Both the position numbers and the translations under genes were made by a program. This document shows positions 1 to 9,894 of a stretch of 38,854 nucleotides of DNA, piece after piece. The notes beneath the pieces were generated by a model. That model was not told the DNA's origin, ran no database searches, and saw nothing but the letters and a program-made list of their open reading frames with translations. The stretch is from Craspedostauros australis. Lineage: Eukaryota. Position 1 is the first letter of the stretch. Each line of letters begins with the position of its first letter. Location: contig JALAGF010004722.1 of assembly GCA_030167865.1 (NCBI GenBank), positions 1 to 38,854 on the forward strand, written 5' to 3'.

Positions 1-522
1 CCGTGTGCTTCTTGTGCCTTTTGGAACTCTGTGTCAACCATGATCCGCAATACGGCACTCGCACTCTGCACAGTGTTGCTGGTTGGTTTCTTCTTTTGCT
101 CGTCAAGCTCTCTGGATGCTTGGACTGGGCTGGCTCGTCGGTTCTTGTCTTTCCGCCATGCTGGCACTGCTCGCTTCGAAGATCGGCATGGATGGTGACC
201 CTGGCATTTGTTGCTCCAACAGTGAGTGATCACTCCTCCTGGGACTTGGTGAGGGCCTCGACTGTAGCTTTGGCGCAATGGCGAGAGTGCAACTCATGAA
301 GAGATGAGAACGATAGCGTGATACGGGACGGTCGATGGAAGCGCGCAGCACCCATGGTCCTCGCGGCTTCTCACCATTTCCCTCTGCCTTGTTCGCCATG
401 TGCTCTTCGTAGATCGCCTCTTCCAGAAACTTGGATCGGCTGGCATCAGCACTGTAGCTTTGAATCGGCTTGGCAGTGTGTGACTTGGAGTAGATTGCTC
501 TGTGTGCAAATCTGTTGGCATG

Positions 523-591
523 GTGACGACCGCACTGTGACGACCGCACTGTGACGACCGCACTGTGACGACCGCACTGTGACGACCGCAC
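523..591. repeat. 14-bp tandem repeat (GTGACGACCGCACT) x ~5
   Basis: Four perfect units start at 523, 537, 551 and 565, followed by a 13/14 unit at 579-591. There are no spacers between units. Confidence 0.95.
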
Positions 592-982
592 GGCTTGTGA
601 AAATGGTGCTGCCATGCGTCCTTTGTCTGCGCAATGAACCAACAACGATGCTCATGGCGGAGCGTGGATGGAACCACCGACGTTCAATCTGCTCATGAAT
701 GACATCGGCAACATCCCTGTGTTCGTATGTACCGTCGAGAGCGCACCCGAGTAGTCATAGACAAGGCAGAGGCAGCGTGGGAGCAGTATCCAGCCCTTCC
801 ATCTCTTGACGGTGACTTCATCACAGCATTCTATTGCACAAGCAGATATAGTGCATGCGGTACTGTTCCTATCATACATATCATAGAACATCACAGTCTA
901 TTCGTAGGTGTATTACATTACAGGGACGTGGGTCTGCCACACCTCAAGGAGTATGATACGAGTACGGAGTGGTCCATCCATC

Positions 983-3495
983 TCATTCCATCCCATCGTG
1001 TCGTGATGCATCACGGGTGGGAGTGTTGGTGCCATTCATCGAGCGATTGCAGTACTGAGACGCGATCTTGCTCTTGACCGCTTTCTTTGGTGTGAATTGC
1101 AGTGGCTTTGTGTCAGACAGCTTCTCATGGTAGACAGCATCGCGAGTCGACGATCTGTTTCGTCCACGACGATTTGATTGAAGGGCCCCGTGTGATGACG
1201 AACATTCCTTGCAATGCCGTCCATCTTCATCTCGCTCATTGCTGTGTCGTTCGACGCTGTCATGTCGATATCCTCTTATGCTGTTTCGTTGTCGCGCCGA
1301 TGGTGATCGTTCATGGGAGGACTTCCTTCGTTGATCTTCGCTAATCTTCGCCACATGGTGTCGATTGGCTACGGCCACGTTGATTTGGTCTTCGCCAACT
1401 TCCTCGGACATGCTTTCGGGAACGTGAGCCCTTGCGCCGTTGCAAACCAGTACCAGTGGAGTGCGCATTTGAGTTGGTTTCGCGTGAACGCGAGGCTGCG
1501 TTCGCATCATCCGAACTGCCGGATGTTCGTTGTCGCCGCAATGATGGCGATGAGTCCATCGATACTTGCGCAGTCTTCTGTGATCGCGATCGGACAGGCT
1601 TCGACGACTCTGCGCCGATGGCGAGCCGCGGCTTCTTCCAGAGGAGCAAGTGTGAATTGCTCCGTCACGACGATGACGCAATGATGGCGAACGCTTCCCA
1701 CTCTTTGATCTTGATGATGTCGAGTGCGGCTTGCCGCTGGTGTGCTGTGCGCTTCTCCGCCGATGCCGTGGCGATGGTAATATCAATGGTAACATCGATG
1801 GTGATGGTGATGGCACGTCTCTTGTTTTTCTGGAATGGTGATGTCGGGGCCCATTGCCAAGCACCTGGAGATCCTTTCCTTCATCTCATCGCGCAGAGCA
1901 CCCGTGCTTCGTCCGCGTGAACGTCGTTGCGTTGAGTCTTCACTTGGGCGCAACGAACTGCGTGCGAATCTGTTGCGAGAAGGAGCCACCCGGTCCTTCT
2001 TGCTCGATTGCCATTCGATTCCCAAACTCAAGGCTCCAGGGCTGGATGGGGCTTGGGGTTGTGGCTGAGACACCTCCATGTTCATGTTCGTGTTCGAACT
2101 GTTGAAGATTGAGTTTGGATTTGGGCTGTGATGATGATGACGGCGACGACAATGATGATGATGATGACGATGATGACGCCTTTGCGGAGGCTTCAGTCAA
2201 GGCAAGATCGGCCAATTGCGATGATCGGGATTCGAGAGATGGTCGTTGCTTCGGTTTGGCAGGAGTGGTCGACGACACTTCATGTCATGATGATCGTTTG
2301 ATCTTGAGGATGCTTTCCAACGTCGACCTGCGCTTGTTCAACGACCAAGACTGTTGTCTCTATTCATGTGTGCGGCTGAAGGGGAAGGGGGCTGGTGTAG
2401 ATGCCGCGCTCCAACCCCCAGGCGCGACAGGGCCGCAGAGCTTCTCCCACCGTTCGTTGCAGCAGCACTTGTCGCAACGTCGACGCTGCCATCGTCGTCG
2501 TCGTAGAGACTTGGCAGATTCGACAGTGACTCCGGGCTCTTGCTGCGAGACTTTTTCGTTGTCGCAACTCGAGGTAGAGCCGGGATGCTGGCTGTACTCA
2601 TCGCGCCTGATGTGTCTGATGTGTCTGGTGTGACTGGCATGTTGCGTCCGTCCTTCGAGAATTCCAAACTCTTGCTCCTCGATTCGGCGCTGCTGGTCGT
2701 TCCGTTGGAATTCGGTTGTGTCCTTGGCCTGCGTCTCCGACTCTGCGCAAGCTTCGTCTTGTCTTGGCTGCTCCATTCGCGGGTTGCGCCGAGTGCTGGG
2801 GCTGTGGCGAAGCTGAGTCCACCTGGGGTGTTTGGCGACGGTATGGATTCGTTGTTGTTGAACTTGCGTTGATCAAGGGAGCTGAATGACATCTCGTGAG
2901 CTTGCATGTTGAGCATGTCCAGACTCTTCGCACATGATGGTTTCACAGCCGAAGCTTTCGCATCTTTGGCTGTGCTTCTACTGGCCCTGCTTGGTGTATC
3001 TGTGCTGACACTCGCATGACCACCTGATTTTGTAGTTGTGTCGGCCTCTTCGGCTACGCTGGTGGGATCGCTCGCCTTCGATTTTGTATCGGTCTGTTGC
3101 GGTTGCTTGGTCTCCGTTTGCTTCTCCGCTATCAGTCTGACATCGTCCTCTTCCAGCAACTTCGATCATCATGACCTCCTGAAGGTTCGAACAGAGTACC
3201 TATCAGGCTGGACGCTTTGCTGTGGCAACTCCCAGAGTAGATCGTACTCATGGGAGGTTCCATAGTAATACTCATAGTCGTACGACAGGTGGGTCAAGGT
3301 GCGGAGCAACTGGCGAGCCTTCCCACAGTTCCTCTTGGATGTCGATGTCTCATCATCTTGTCTGATTGTCTGATTGTTTGTGCTTGTGTTGGTGGTGTTT
3401 GTGGTATCAATGTGAAGGGATGCGGTGCCGTTGGAGGGGGTGCCATCGCCATCACCATCGCCATCACCGAACAGAGTTGCGTCGAATGAAGACAA
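983..3495 (-). pseudogene. Decayed gene for a long Ser/Arg-rich low-complexity protein
   Basis: ORFs 3169..3495 and 2338..3159 are in the same frame, separated by TGA-TGA at 3166-3171 (RRS**SKLLEEDD). Further S/R-rich ORF pieces (1940..2278, 1783..2085, 983..1864) continue through more TGA stops and frame changes. No domain recognised; boundaries are approximate. Confidence 0.45.
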
Positions 3496-3908
3496 CAGAG
3501 AGGTGATGTTCGTTGTGAGTGTTTGTGTGCGTCATTGGTTGAATGAACAACGGATGGCAGACAGACGAGTACTCAACAAACACGCCAACAATTCTTGACA
3601 CCACCCGAAACAACGAATCTTCGATTTTGCGCCACGATCCATCAAACAACATCAACATCAACATTAACACAACTGGAGAGAGAGAGAGAGAGGGAGAGAG
3701 ATGAAATGGCATGACTATGTTTACATTGATGGAGGTATCAGCCAACACTGAGACGTTGTCCGTCAAGCAACAAAGCAACAAAGCAATGAAGCAATGAAGT
3801 AATCAAGCAAGCGGCGGCTGCGCAAAATATGGCACGCCAACCAGAATCAACGAAGGCGGCCATGGCGAGAGACGATGATGATGCCGATGATGATGATGCT
3901 GATGATGA

Positions 3909-4960
3909 ATGACGAGCAGTGATGAACAGCGATCTCAAACTTGTCACATTGCTCAGCGACATCCGAAAGGAAGATATCAAACCAATTGCTCCGGAGTAGA
4001 GAATATCTTGGGACATGAGAAATGGCAGCGCCAACAACAGAAGCAACAACAGAAGCAACAACAGTGCCAACAACAACGGCAAGACATGTCATGGCCCATG
4101 GTGCGGTCTGGATTCAAGTCATCAGCAGCCGCGCGCACGCACATAAACTCCAATGCGCTGTCGGACACGGAGATTCGGCACATGTTGGACGGGTGCATCC
4201 GTGAGATCGGACTCAGCGACTTCTTCCGAGACCTGCAGAGCCATCTGTTCGGAGATGTTCCTCAGTTTTCACTACACACACCATAACCTGCCACGCCTGT
4301 TCATACCGATGCTCAAAGAGATGCGTCGCCGCCACAAACCGCAAACGATGAGACAGAGGCACTGTCTTTTCAGATCGACAAATGAAAGAAATCGTGTGCA
4401 ATTACGTCGGCAAATTCTCCCATTGCTCGTCATCTTTGTCGGCCATACCTATCGAAAGCCATGCAACCGCTGGCATACGCTTGTGCCCTGCGTGACATCA
4501 TGCACGAACTGCAGCACCAACAACAACAACAAGCTGACAGTCGCAGTACGCTCCATTTCATCAAGTTGGATTCGAGTCCAACAAGCCATGCATGATGCCC
4601 GCGGGATCACCATCGTTTCCCACACAGCTCCTTCCACACCAATGAAACCAACGAACGCGGAAACCGTATGATCGGCAACGGCGATGACAGCAGTGGCTGG
4701 ACCATCGTCTTCATGTCGCATTGACCAATGATGCTGCACACCAACGGGCCTGACGTCAACCGGGATCCTCTGCAATCCATGCACAGAACATCATGCGTAT
4801 CTTGCAGCCCAGCCATACTGTGCTGCGAACGACACAGGAGTACATGGAGCAGCATGCCGCATGGATCACCAAAGGCGACGGTGAAGGCATGCCGGACGCA
4901 CCATTGAATGATTGGATCTCAAGTTGCTCCAGCTCCTTTCACACAGTTGCTATCCGAATG
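3909..4960 (+). pseudogene. Decayed gene, hypothetical Gln-rich protein
   Basis: The frame of ORF 3909..4286 still reads like protein past TAA (4284-4286), TGA (4383-4385) and TGA (4593-4595), e.g. ...MQPLAYACALRDIMHELQHQQQQQ.... The end point is uncertain. Confidence 0.4.
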
Positions 4961-4993
4961 ACTATTCTGATGACTATTCTGATGACTATTCTT
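4958..4993. repeat. 12-bp tandem repeat (ATGACTATTCTG) x3
   Basis: Directly visible; the third copy ends in ...TTCTT. Confidence 0.85.
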
Positions 4994-5070
4994 ATCCATC
5001 AACTCAATTCTGTCTTGCGTTCACTTCTCGAAGACTGCTGTTATGGTGTGGCATGGCATGGTCTGGCGTT

Positions 5071-5943
5071 TCACTCCTCTTCTTCAGCAGCACCGTCCGT
5101 CTCAATCATTTTGGATGATTTGGTAGTCAAAGAGCAGACGAAGTCCACCAATGTCGCCCGATCCAGGTATGAATCCGCTTGTGTTGTGCCCTCATCCTCA
5201 TCTATAACCTTGTGCAGGTCCACCATGGACATACGACTGTGCTCATCATCAATACCATCACTCTCCGTTCTCCCACTGCAAAACACCTGGATCTCCGTCA
5301 TCAGTTGGGGTTGTAGAATCAGTTTGCTTAAATCTAGATGAGTGAACATATCTTTCTCACTTTCAGCTGTCACTCTCATTGCTGCATCCTTCAACACCAC
5401 ACAGTTGTGTTGATCGGCGAATATCAACGCACCTATCATGGTGCCCTTAGTGAGATGCTTGCGGACCAACTCTGCTTCAAGAACAAGCTTGAGTCGCCAG
5501 AAGCCGATCTCGTTGGCCACAAGGATCAGCTGTTGCAGATTATGCTGTCCAGTGAGGATGGGAGTTGGCTGGTGAGAGGCATCTGTATCGTGGTGAGCGC
5601 TGGTGTGAGCGCCGATATGAGCGCCGACGCGAGCAGCAGCGTTGTCACGAACGCTGTCATGAAAGGATATCTTGGCTGTGTAGATGCATTGGNGGACGTA
5701 TCGGACGTGTTTTGGTTGAAGGTTGGGAAGAGGGATGGTTGTTTGGATGGGGGCTGCACCGTCGTCAGTGCCATCATTTGTGTGGTGATGTTGGATTCCT
5801 TTGTCGATCAGTGTCTCAATGGATGGGACAGCGATCATAAGGGCTTCGGCGTTTGTCTTGATTGGTTGTTGTCGGTCGTCCTGTCCACATACGAAGATGG
5901 TGTCTGGCCTGTTCTCGGTTTGGAAGGATCTGAGCTGTCTTCT
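5071..5943 (-). CDS. BTB/POZ domain plus BACK-like helical region; 3' half of an ankyrin-BTB gene (frameshifted)
   Basis: The frame is open upstream of the listed ATG (5838) back to 5943. It gives RPDTIFVCGQDDRQQPIKTNAEALMIAVPSIETLI (BTB N-terminal strand/helix pattern), then CIYTAKI, LILVANEIGFWRLKLVLEAELV and ALIFADQHNCVVLKDAAM (BTB/BACK-type). One N at 5693. Confidence 0.75.
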   Translation of the reverse strand, partial: RRQLRSFQTENRPDTIFVCGQDDRQQPIKTNAEALMIAVPSIETLIDKGIQHHHTNDGTDDGAAPIQTTIPLPNLQPKHVRYVXQCIYTAKISFHDSVRDNAAARVGAHIGAHTSAHHDTDASHQPTPILTGQHNLQQLILVANEIGFWRLKLVLEAELVRKHLTKGTMIGALIFADQHNCVVLKDAAMRVTAESEKDMFTHLDLSKLILQPQLMTEIQVFCSGRTESDGIDDEHSRMSMVDLHKVIDEDEGTTQADSYLDRATLVDFVCSLTTKSSKMIETDGAAEEEE

Positions 5944-6815
5944 TCAATGTTGATTTTGGTCCTCTTGTGACTGCTGTGTTTGTGTTCAATCTCTTGCTTC
6001 TTTCGCTTCAACTGCTGTCCCAACTGTTCTTGTGGTTGTTCATTTGCTTGCTCGTTTTGTTGTAAGTGTTGCTGCAGTTGTTGCAGTTGTGGGTGAGTTG
6101 AAGGCGAAAGTCCTCTGATGAGGGACTCCACACACTCCAGCCTGCTGTTCCGGCATGCCCAATGAAGGGGAGTCCAACCATTGTTGTTTTGGCAGTTGAC
6201 GTTCGCTCCACCTGATTCGATGAGGTACTTCACACACTCCAGCTTGCCATAAATGCATGCGAAGTGAAGGGGAGTGCGGCCATCGTTGCTTTTGCAGTTG
6301 GCATTCGCCCCACATGATTCGATGAGGTACTTCACACACTCCAGGTGGCCGTCGATGCATGCCTCATGAAGGGGAGTCCAACCATAGTTGTTTTTGCAGT
6401 TGATGTCCGCCTCACATGATTCGATGAGGTACTTCACACACTCCAGCTCGCCGTTGATGCATGCGCGATGAAGGGGAGTGGAGCCACCGTTGTTTTTGCA
6501 GTTGGCATTCGCCCCACATGATTCGATGAGGTACTTGACACACTCCAGGTGGTCGTTGGAGCATGCCACATGAAGGGGAGTAGAACCAAACCTGGATTTG
6601 CAGTTGATGTTCGCCTCACATGATTCGATGAGGTACTTCACACACTCCAGCTGGCCGTTGGAGCATGCGAGATGAAGGGGAGTGGAGCCACTCCTGTCTG
6701 TGACCTTGTTGACATCAACTTGTGTCTTCTTGTTCCGCTTCTTCCACTCCTTCAACACCGACAAGTCACCTGCTGTGGCAGCAGCAAGGAGTTGTTCGTT
6801 CGTAACATTCGGCAT
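5835..6815 (-). CDS. Ankyrin-repeat protein (6 repeats); 5' half of the ankyrin-BTB gene
   Basis: Six GxTPLHxAC..G.LECVxxLI ankyrin motifs at 34-aa spacing, followed by a Gln-rich linker. Confidence 0.92.
   Translation of the reverse strand: MPNVTNEQLLAAATAGDLSVLKEWKKRNKKTQVDVNKVTDRSGSTPLHLACSNGQLECVKYLIESCEANINCKSRFGSTPLHVACSNDHLECVKYLIESCGANANCKNNGGSTPLHRACINGELECVKYLIESCEADINCKNNYGWTPLHEACIDGHLECVKYLIESCGANANCKSNDGRTPLHFACIYGKLECVKYLIESGGANVNCQNNNGWTPLHWACRNSRLECVESLIRGLSPSTHPQLQQLQQHLQQNEQANEQPQEQLGQQLKRKKQEIEHKHSSHKRTKINIEEDSSDPSKPRTGQTPSSYVDRTTDNNQSRQTPKPL
6114..6698 (-). repeat. 102-bp coding tandem repeat (ankyrin units), about 5.7 copies
   Basis: The near-invariant core GATTCGATGAGGTACTT(C/G)ACACACTCCAG recurs every 102 bp on the + strand (near 6215, 6317, 6419, 6521, 6623). 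Confidence 0.95.
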
Positions 6816-7689
6816 TTTGACAGGATGGTCGATGGTTGCTGGACGATTGATGTTGGATTGGCTGTCGAGGAAGTGTGCAGTCTGCGCTATTACACCTATG
6901 GCAGAGATATCGATGGTGTGTCTTCAATAGCTTGTGTTAGTATGAGTACCATACATTGTGTGATGAATATGAGTGGCAATTCGATGTCTGTTGTTCACGC
7001 AGTTGAGTATGGGGTTGAGTGGTGCATGTCGTTGTGTTGTTGTGTTGTTGTGTTGTTGTCTTGTCGTCTTGTTTGCGTGGGTCCTCTCTTGATCGCACCC
7101 CTCTGTTTCTGGTTTGGATCCCTCTGTTCGCACCCATCACGAAAATGCACACACACGACAAGAAAACGCGTCCTGTGCGTAACAGAGTTCTGTCATGTCA
7201 CATCGTCGGAAACGAGAATCTTCGACTAGTAGGACCATTACGGAAGATCAATCACTCGCGAGTCCCGGCAACGTCCACCGAAACCAACGACTTGGATCCC
7301 AGCACCGGCCACAACAAATCGGCCACAACCAACAACACCTTGGTGTCCACCGCAAAGCATCCATCCAAAGACCACAACACAAAGGTCTCTGAAGAGAGAC
7401 TCTGCTAGTGGAAAAGAGAACTACCGCCACCATCACTTGCATCATGAACTGCGCATTTTCGCTCATATGGTACATCACCGTTGCATCTCCAAGATTGTTG
7501 ACACCAGTTGACCTGCCGTCATTGGCCACAAAATGAGGTGTGAACCAAAGCCTCAAACTATTAAAGGTGCTATTCTGGTTGCATCACCTCAGTTGGGATC
7601 CATCTCCTGTGGAGATTACCGGCTATTATCCTGTGCCATTGCATAGATCAGGATTGGGACGTGAGTGGCAGGCATTCAAGAGACAAAAT

Positions 7690-7935
7690 CAACACCACGC
7701 TGTGCATCTGGATGGTTTGACACATTCTACATGGCAAGCTGGCAAGATGATACCGTTCCATCTTTGCTGCTCCTGCTGCACAGACTATGAGAATCTACGT
7801 TCCAGCAAGAGACGGATGGGCACTGGCACATTCCGTTGTGAGTTCCAACAGATCGATACTAGTCTGCTGTGACCAATAGTTGCAACCTTTGTGCAAGCGT
7901 GGAGGAAAACATTGGCAATGCTTGCAACGTGTGTA
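7690..7935 (+). mobile_element. Possible degenerate Mutator-like (MULE) transposase 3' remnant
   Basis: With frameshifts allowed, it reads HAVHLDGLT..HGK/WQDDTVP (resembling the SWIM finger region xVDLxxxTCxCGKWQxxxIPC). Further on it reads CNLC...NA/ATC (resembling the CxxC..GHNxxTC knuckle). Several Cys/His are lost. Confidence 0.25.
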
Positions 7936-8647
7936 CGCCTGTCTCCTTGCCTCTCTCTCTCTCTCTCTGGTTTTCCTGAATCAAGCAAGCTGCTGACCAC
8001 GCATCCAATCTCAATAGTTGGACTCAATTAATGTAACAAATGAGCTTGAGCACAGTTGATGGCATGACAACATGATGTCCATGCTTGATGTGTGATGCAG
8101 CAGCTGTTGTGAGACCTCCATTCAAGAACAGGACTCGCATACACCCAGCAAGTACTTCGTGGCTGCCATGCTTGCGTGTTGTCCCATTTTTTGCTTTTGT
8201 GGAATGAATAGATCGCATGCCAGCATTCTCTGGAGGTGTTGTGTTGAAGCCTCAATCCAACTCGTCATCTTGCTATGGCGATCAATGATTTCTAGAGAGT
8301 TCACGTATCTACAATCTTGGACTCGTTCGATTCAGACAAGTATGATTCATCTCATGAATCGATTTGGTGAACTCGATCCAACCGAGTTCTTCTTGTTCTC
8401 CTGAGAGACGCTGCGACGCGAAGTCCGGCATCTTGCTTGATCTCAAGTGTCGGTCAGCAATCCGCGGATAACGTGTTCCACGCAACCTTGTTTGTTGGTG
8501 GGAGTGTCGGTGCCTGCCCACATCGTCATGTTCGATCTTCAGCACTATTGCCGCATGCACCATCTATGTGATTCTCCAAGTAGTCGTACAACGTTCCGAT
8601 GTGGTTCTTCTCTCCTCTCCGACAACGCCCAACCTCCTCTCCTCATT

Positions 8648-9894
8648 AGAGACTTCCTGAAACCCGAAAATTAAATCGTACGGACAACTCATAACCCAAT
8701 ACTGCGACATTTCGAGCCGGCCATGCCCAAAAANAGTTTCGGGAAATGGCCATCTGGGGCTCTTTTTTTCGGGTTGGAGGAAGATCCCGAAATACCTTGT
8801 GTCCCGTGAAGCATCGACTTCCACGCGGAATCCATACACAGCCCAAGGATACACCAATAAAATACGCTTATTTGGAGGCTACCACGTTCTATGTAAAAAC
8901 TAGATCAGTACCTTGATTACTAGTGCTATCGTTGGAACACTAAATTTATGCTTTACCCTACTTCATCACCTTCCGTGGTAGATGTCCCAAATTTCTTTGC
9001 AGATATGGACTCCTCAAAACCTGAAGCTCCGTTGCACCCTCTTGGGAGTGTTTCTATCTAGGTCAGTAATTTTATTTGTGGCTTTAAAGTGGTAGCAATA
9101 TTGGCAAAGTCGTTTCTTGCCATCATCCTCGATGATGTGTTTGCAGTCTTCGTACACGCCCATTCACCTTTCCTCGCTCAACACTGGTTGAGTGCCGCTC
9201 ATCTTCCTCTTCGTTCTTGGAGATGGCATCCTCTGGAAGAGGAAAGTAATGTATCCCCGAAGGCGAAAGACAACAACAGTTCCACCGGCTTTGATGCGCA
9301 GAAAAACGCTGTGATGGTGCGACAATCTACGTGCCACTGAACATTTTCCCTCCAGTCCCGCAGTCTAAATTCAATTCACGAGTACTTCAGGCTCGATAAG
9401 CAATAAGATGGCAGTAAGAAGTATAACACTTAAACATATAGTTGGAAAGCTGTGCTCAAGGGCTTTCGAAAGATGCGAATAAAGTGTCATTGTACACGCA
9501 GAGTTATCGTCAAGAATTACAATAACTGAAACTGAAAATGTTATACAATATATCATATCTTCTAGTTCATCAAGGGACAAACAAGTCGACAATCTCAATG
9601 GCAACGCCTCCGACGCAGACGAACGAAACTGATGAGACGGGTACAGCTCAGGGATGCCGATGTGGATGTGACGAACAAAATGTGACGGTCGGTTGGATGA
9701 ATGAGACAAAGGAGCACAGGAACCATTTAGAAAAATACATTTTCCTTTCTAGTCTTGCTTACGACCCTCTTGATTCTAATATTAGTTCACGGTCGGTGAC
9801 GTCGGTCATATTTCGGGCCGTTACTTTCAGACGTTATTGATAGTCACAGTGCGTGTCGTTTCGGGAAACTGGTTTCGGGTTTCAGGAAGTCTCT
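8648..9894. mobile_element. Non-autonomous TIR DNA transposon, 1247 bp, 22-bp TIRs, 3-bp TSD ATT
   Basis: AGAGACTTCCTGAAACCCGAAA at 8648-8669 and its exact reverse complement at 9873-9894. ATT flanks both ends (8645-8647 and 9895-9897). TTTCGGG/CCCGAAA motifs repeat subterminally. The interior is AT-richer and has no long ORF. Confidence 0.9.
8966..9229 (-). pseudogene. Fragment resembling the C-terminal Cys-rich domain of a piggyBac-type transposase
   Basis: Hand translation: MPSPRTKRKMSGTQPVLSEER*MGVYEDCKHIIEDDGKKRLCQYCYHFKATNKITDLDRNTPKRVQRSFRF*GVHICKEIWDIYHGR*. This has the CxxC ... VxIC..xW..YH terminus pattern with two internal TGA stops. Confidence 0.5.

Noticed and set aside
523..591. 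Possible CRISPR-like array
   Set aside because: The units are contiguous 14-mers with no spacers, there are no cas genes, and the context is eukaryotic.
3166..3171. Recoded TGA (selenocysteine or alternative genetic code)
   Set aside because: The context is low-complexity and Arg-rich with co-occurring frameshifts and TAA/TAG stops. Intact genes in the window terminate with TGA.
5835..5838. ATGA stop/start overlap suggesting prokaryote-style translational coupling
   Set aside because: The BTB domain begins upstream of this ATG in the same frame, so a frameshifted single gene explains it better.
5338..5970. 210-aa + strand ORF
   Set aside because: It is antisense to the BTB coding region and has no independent coding features.
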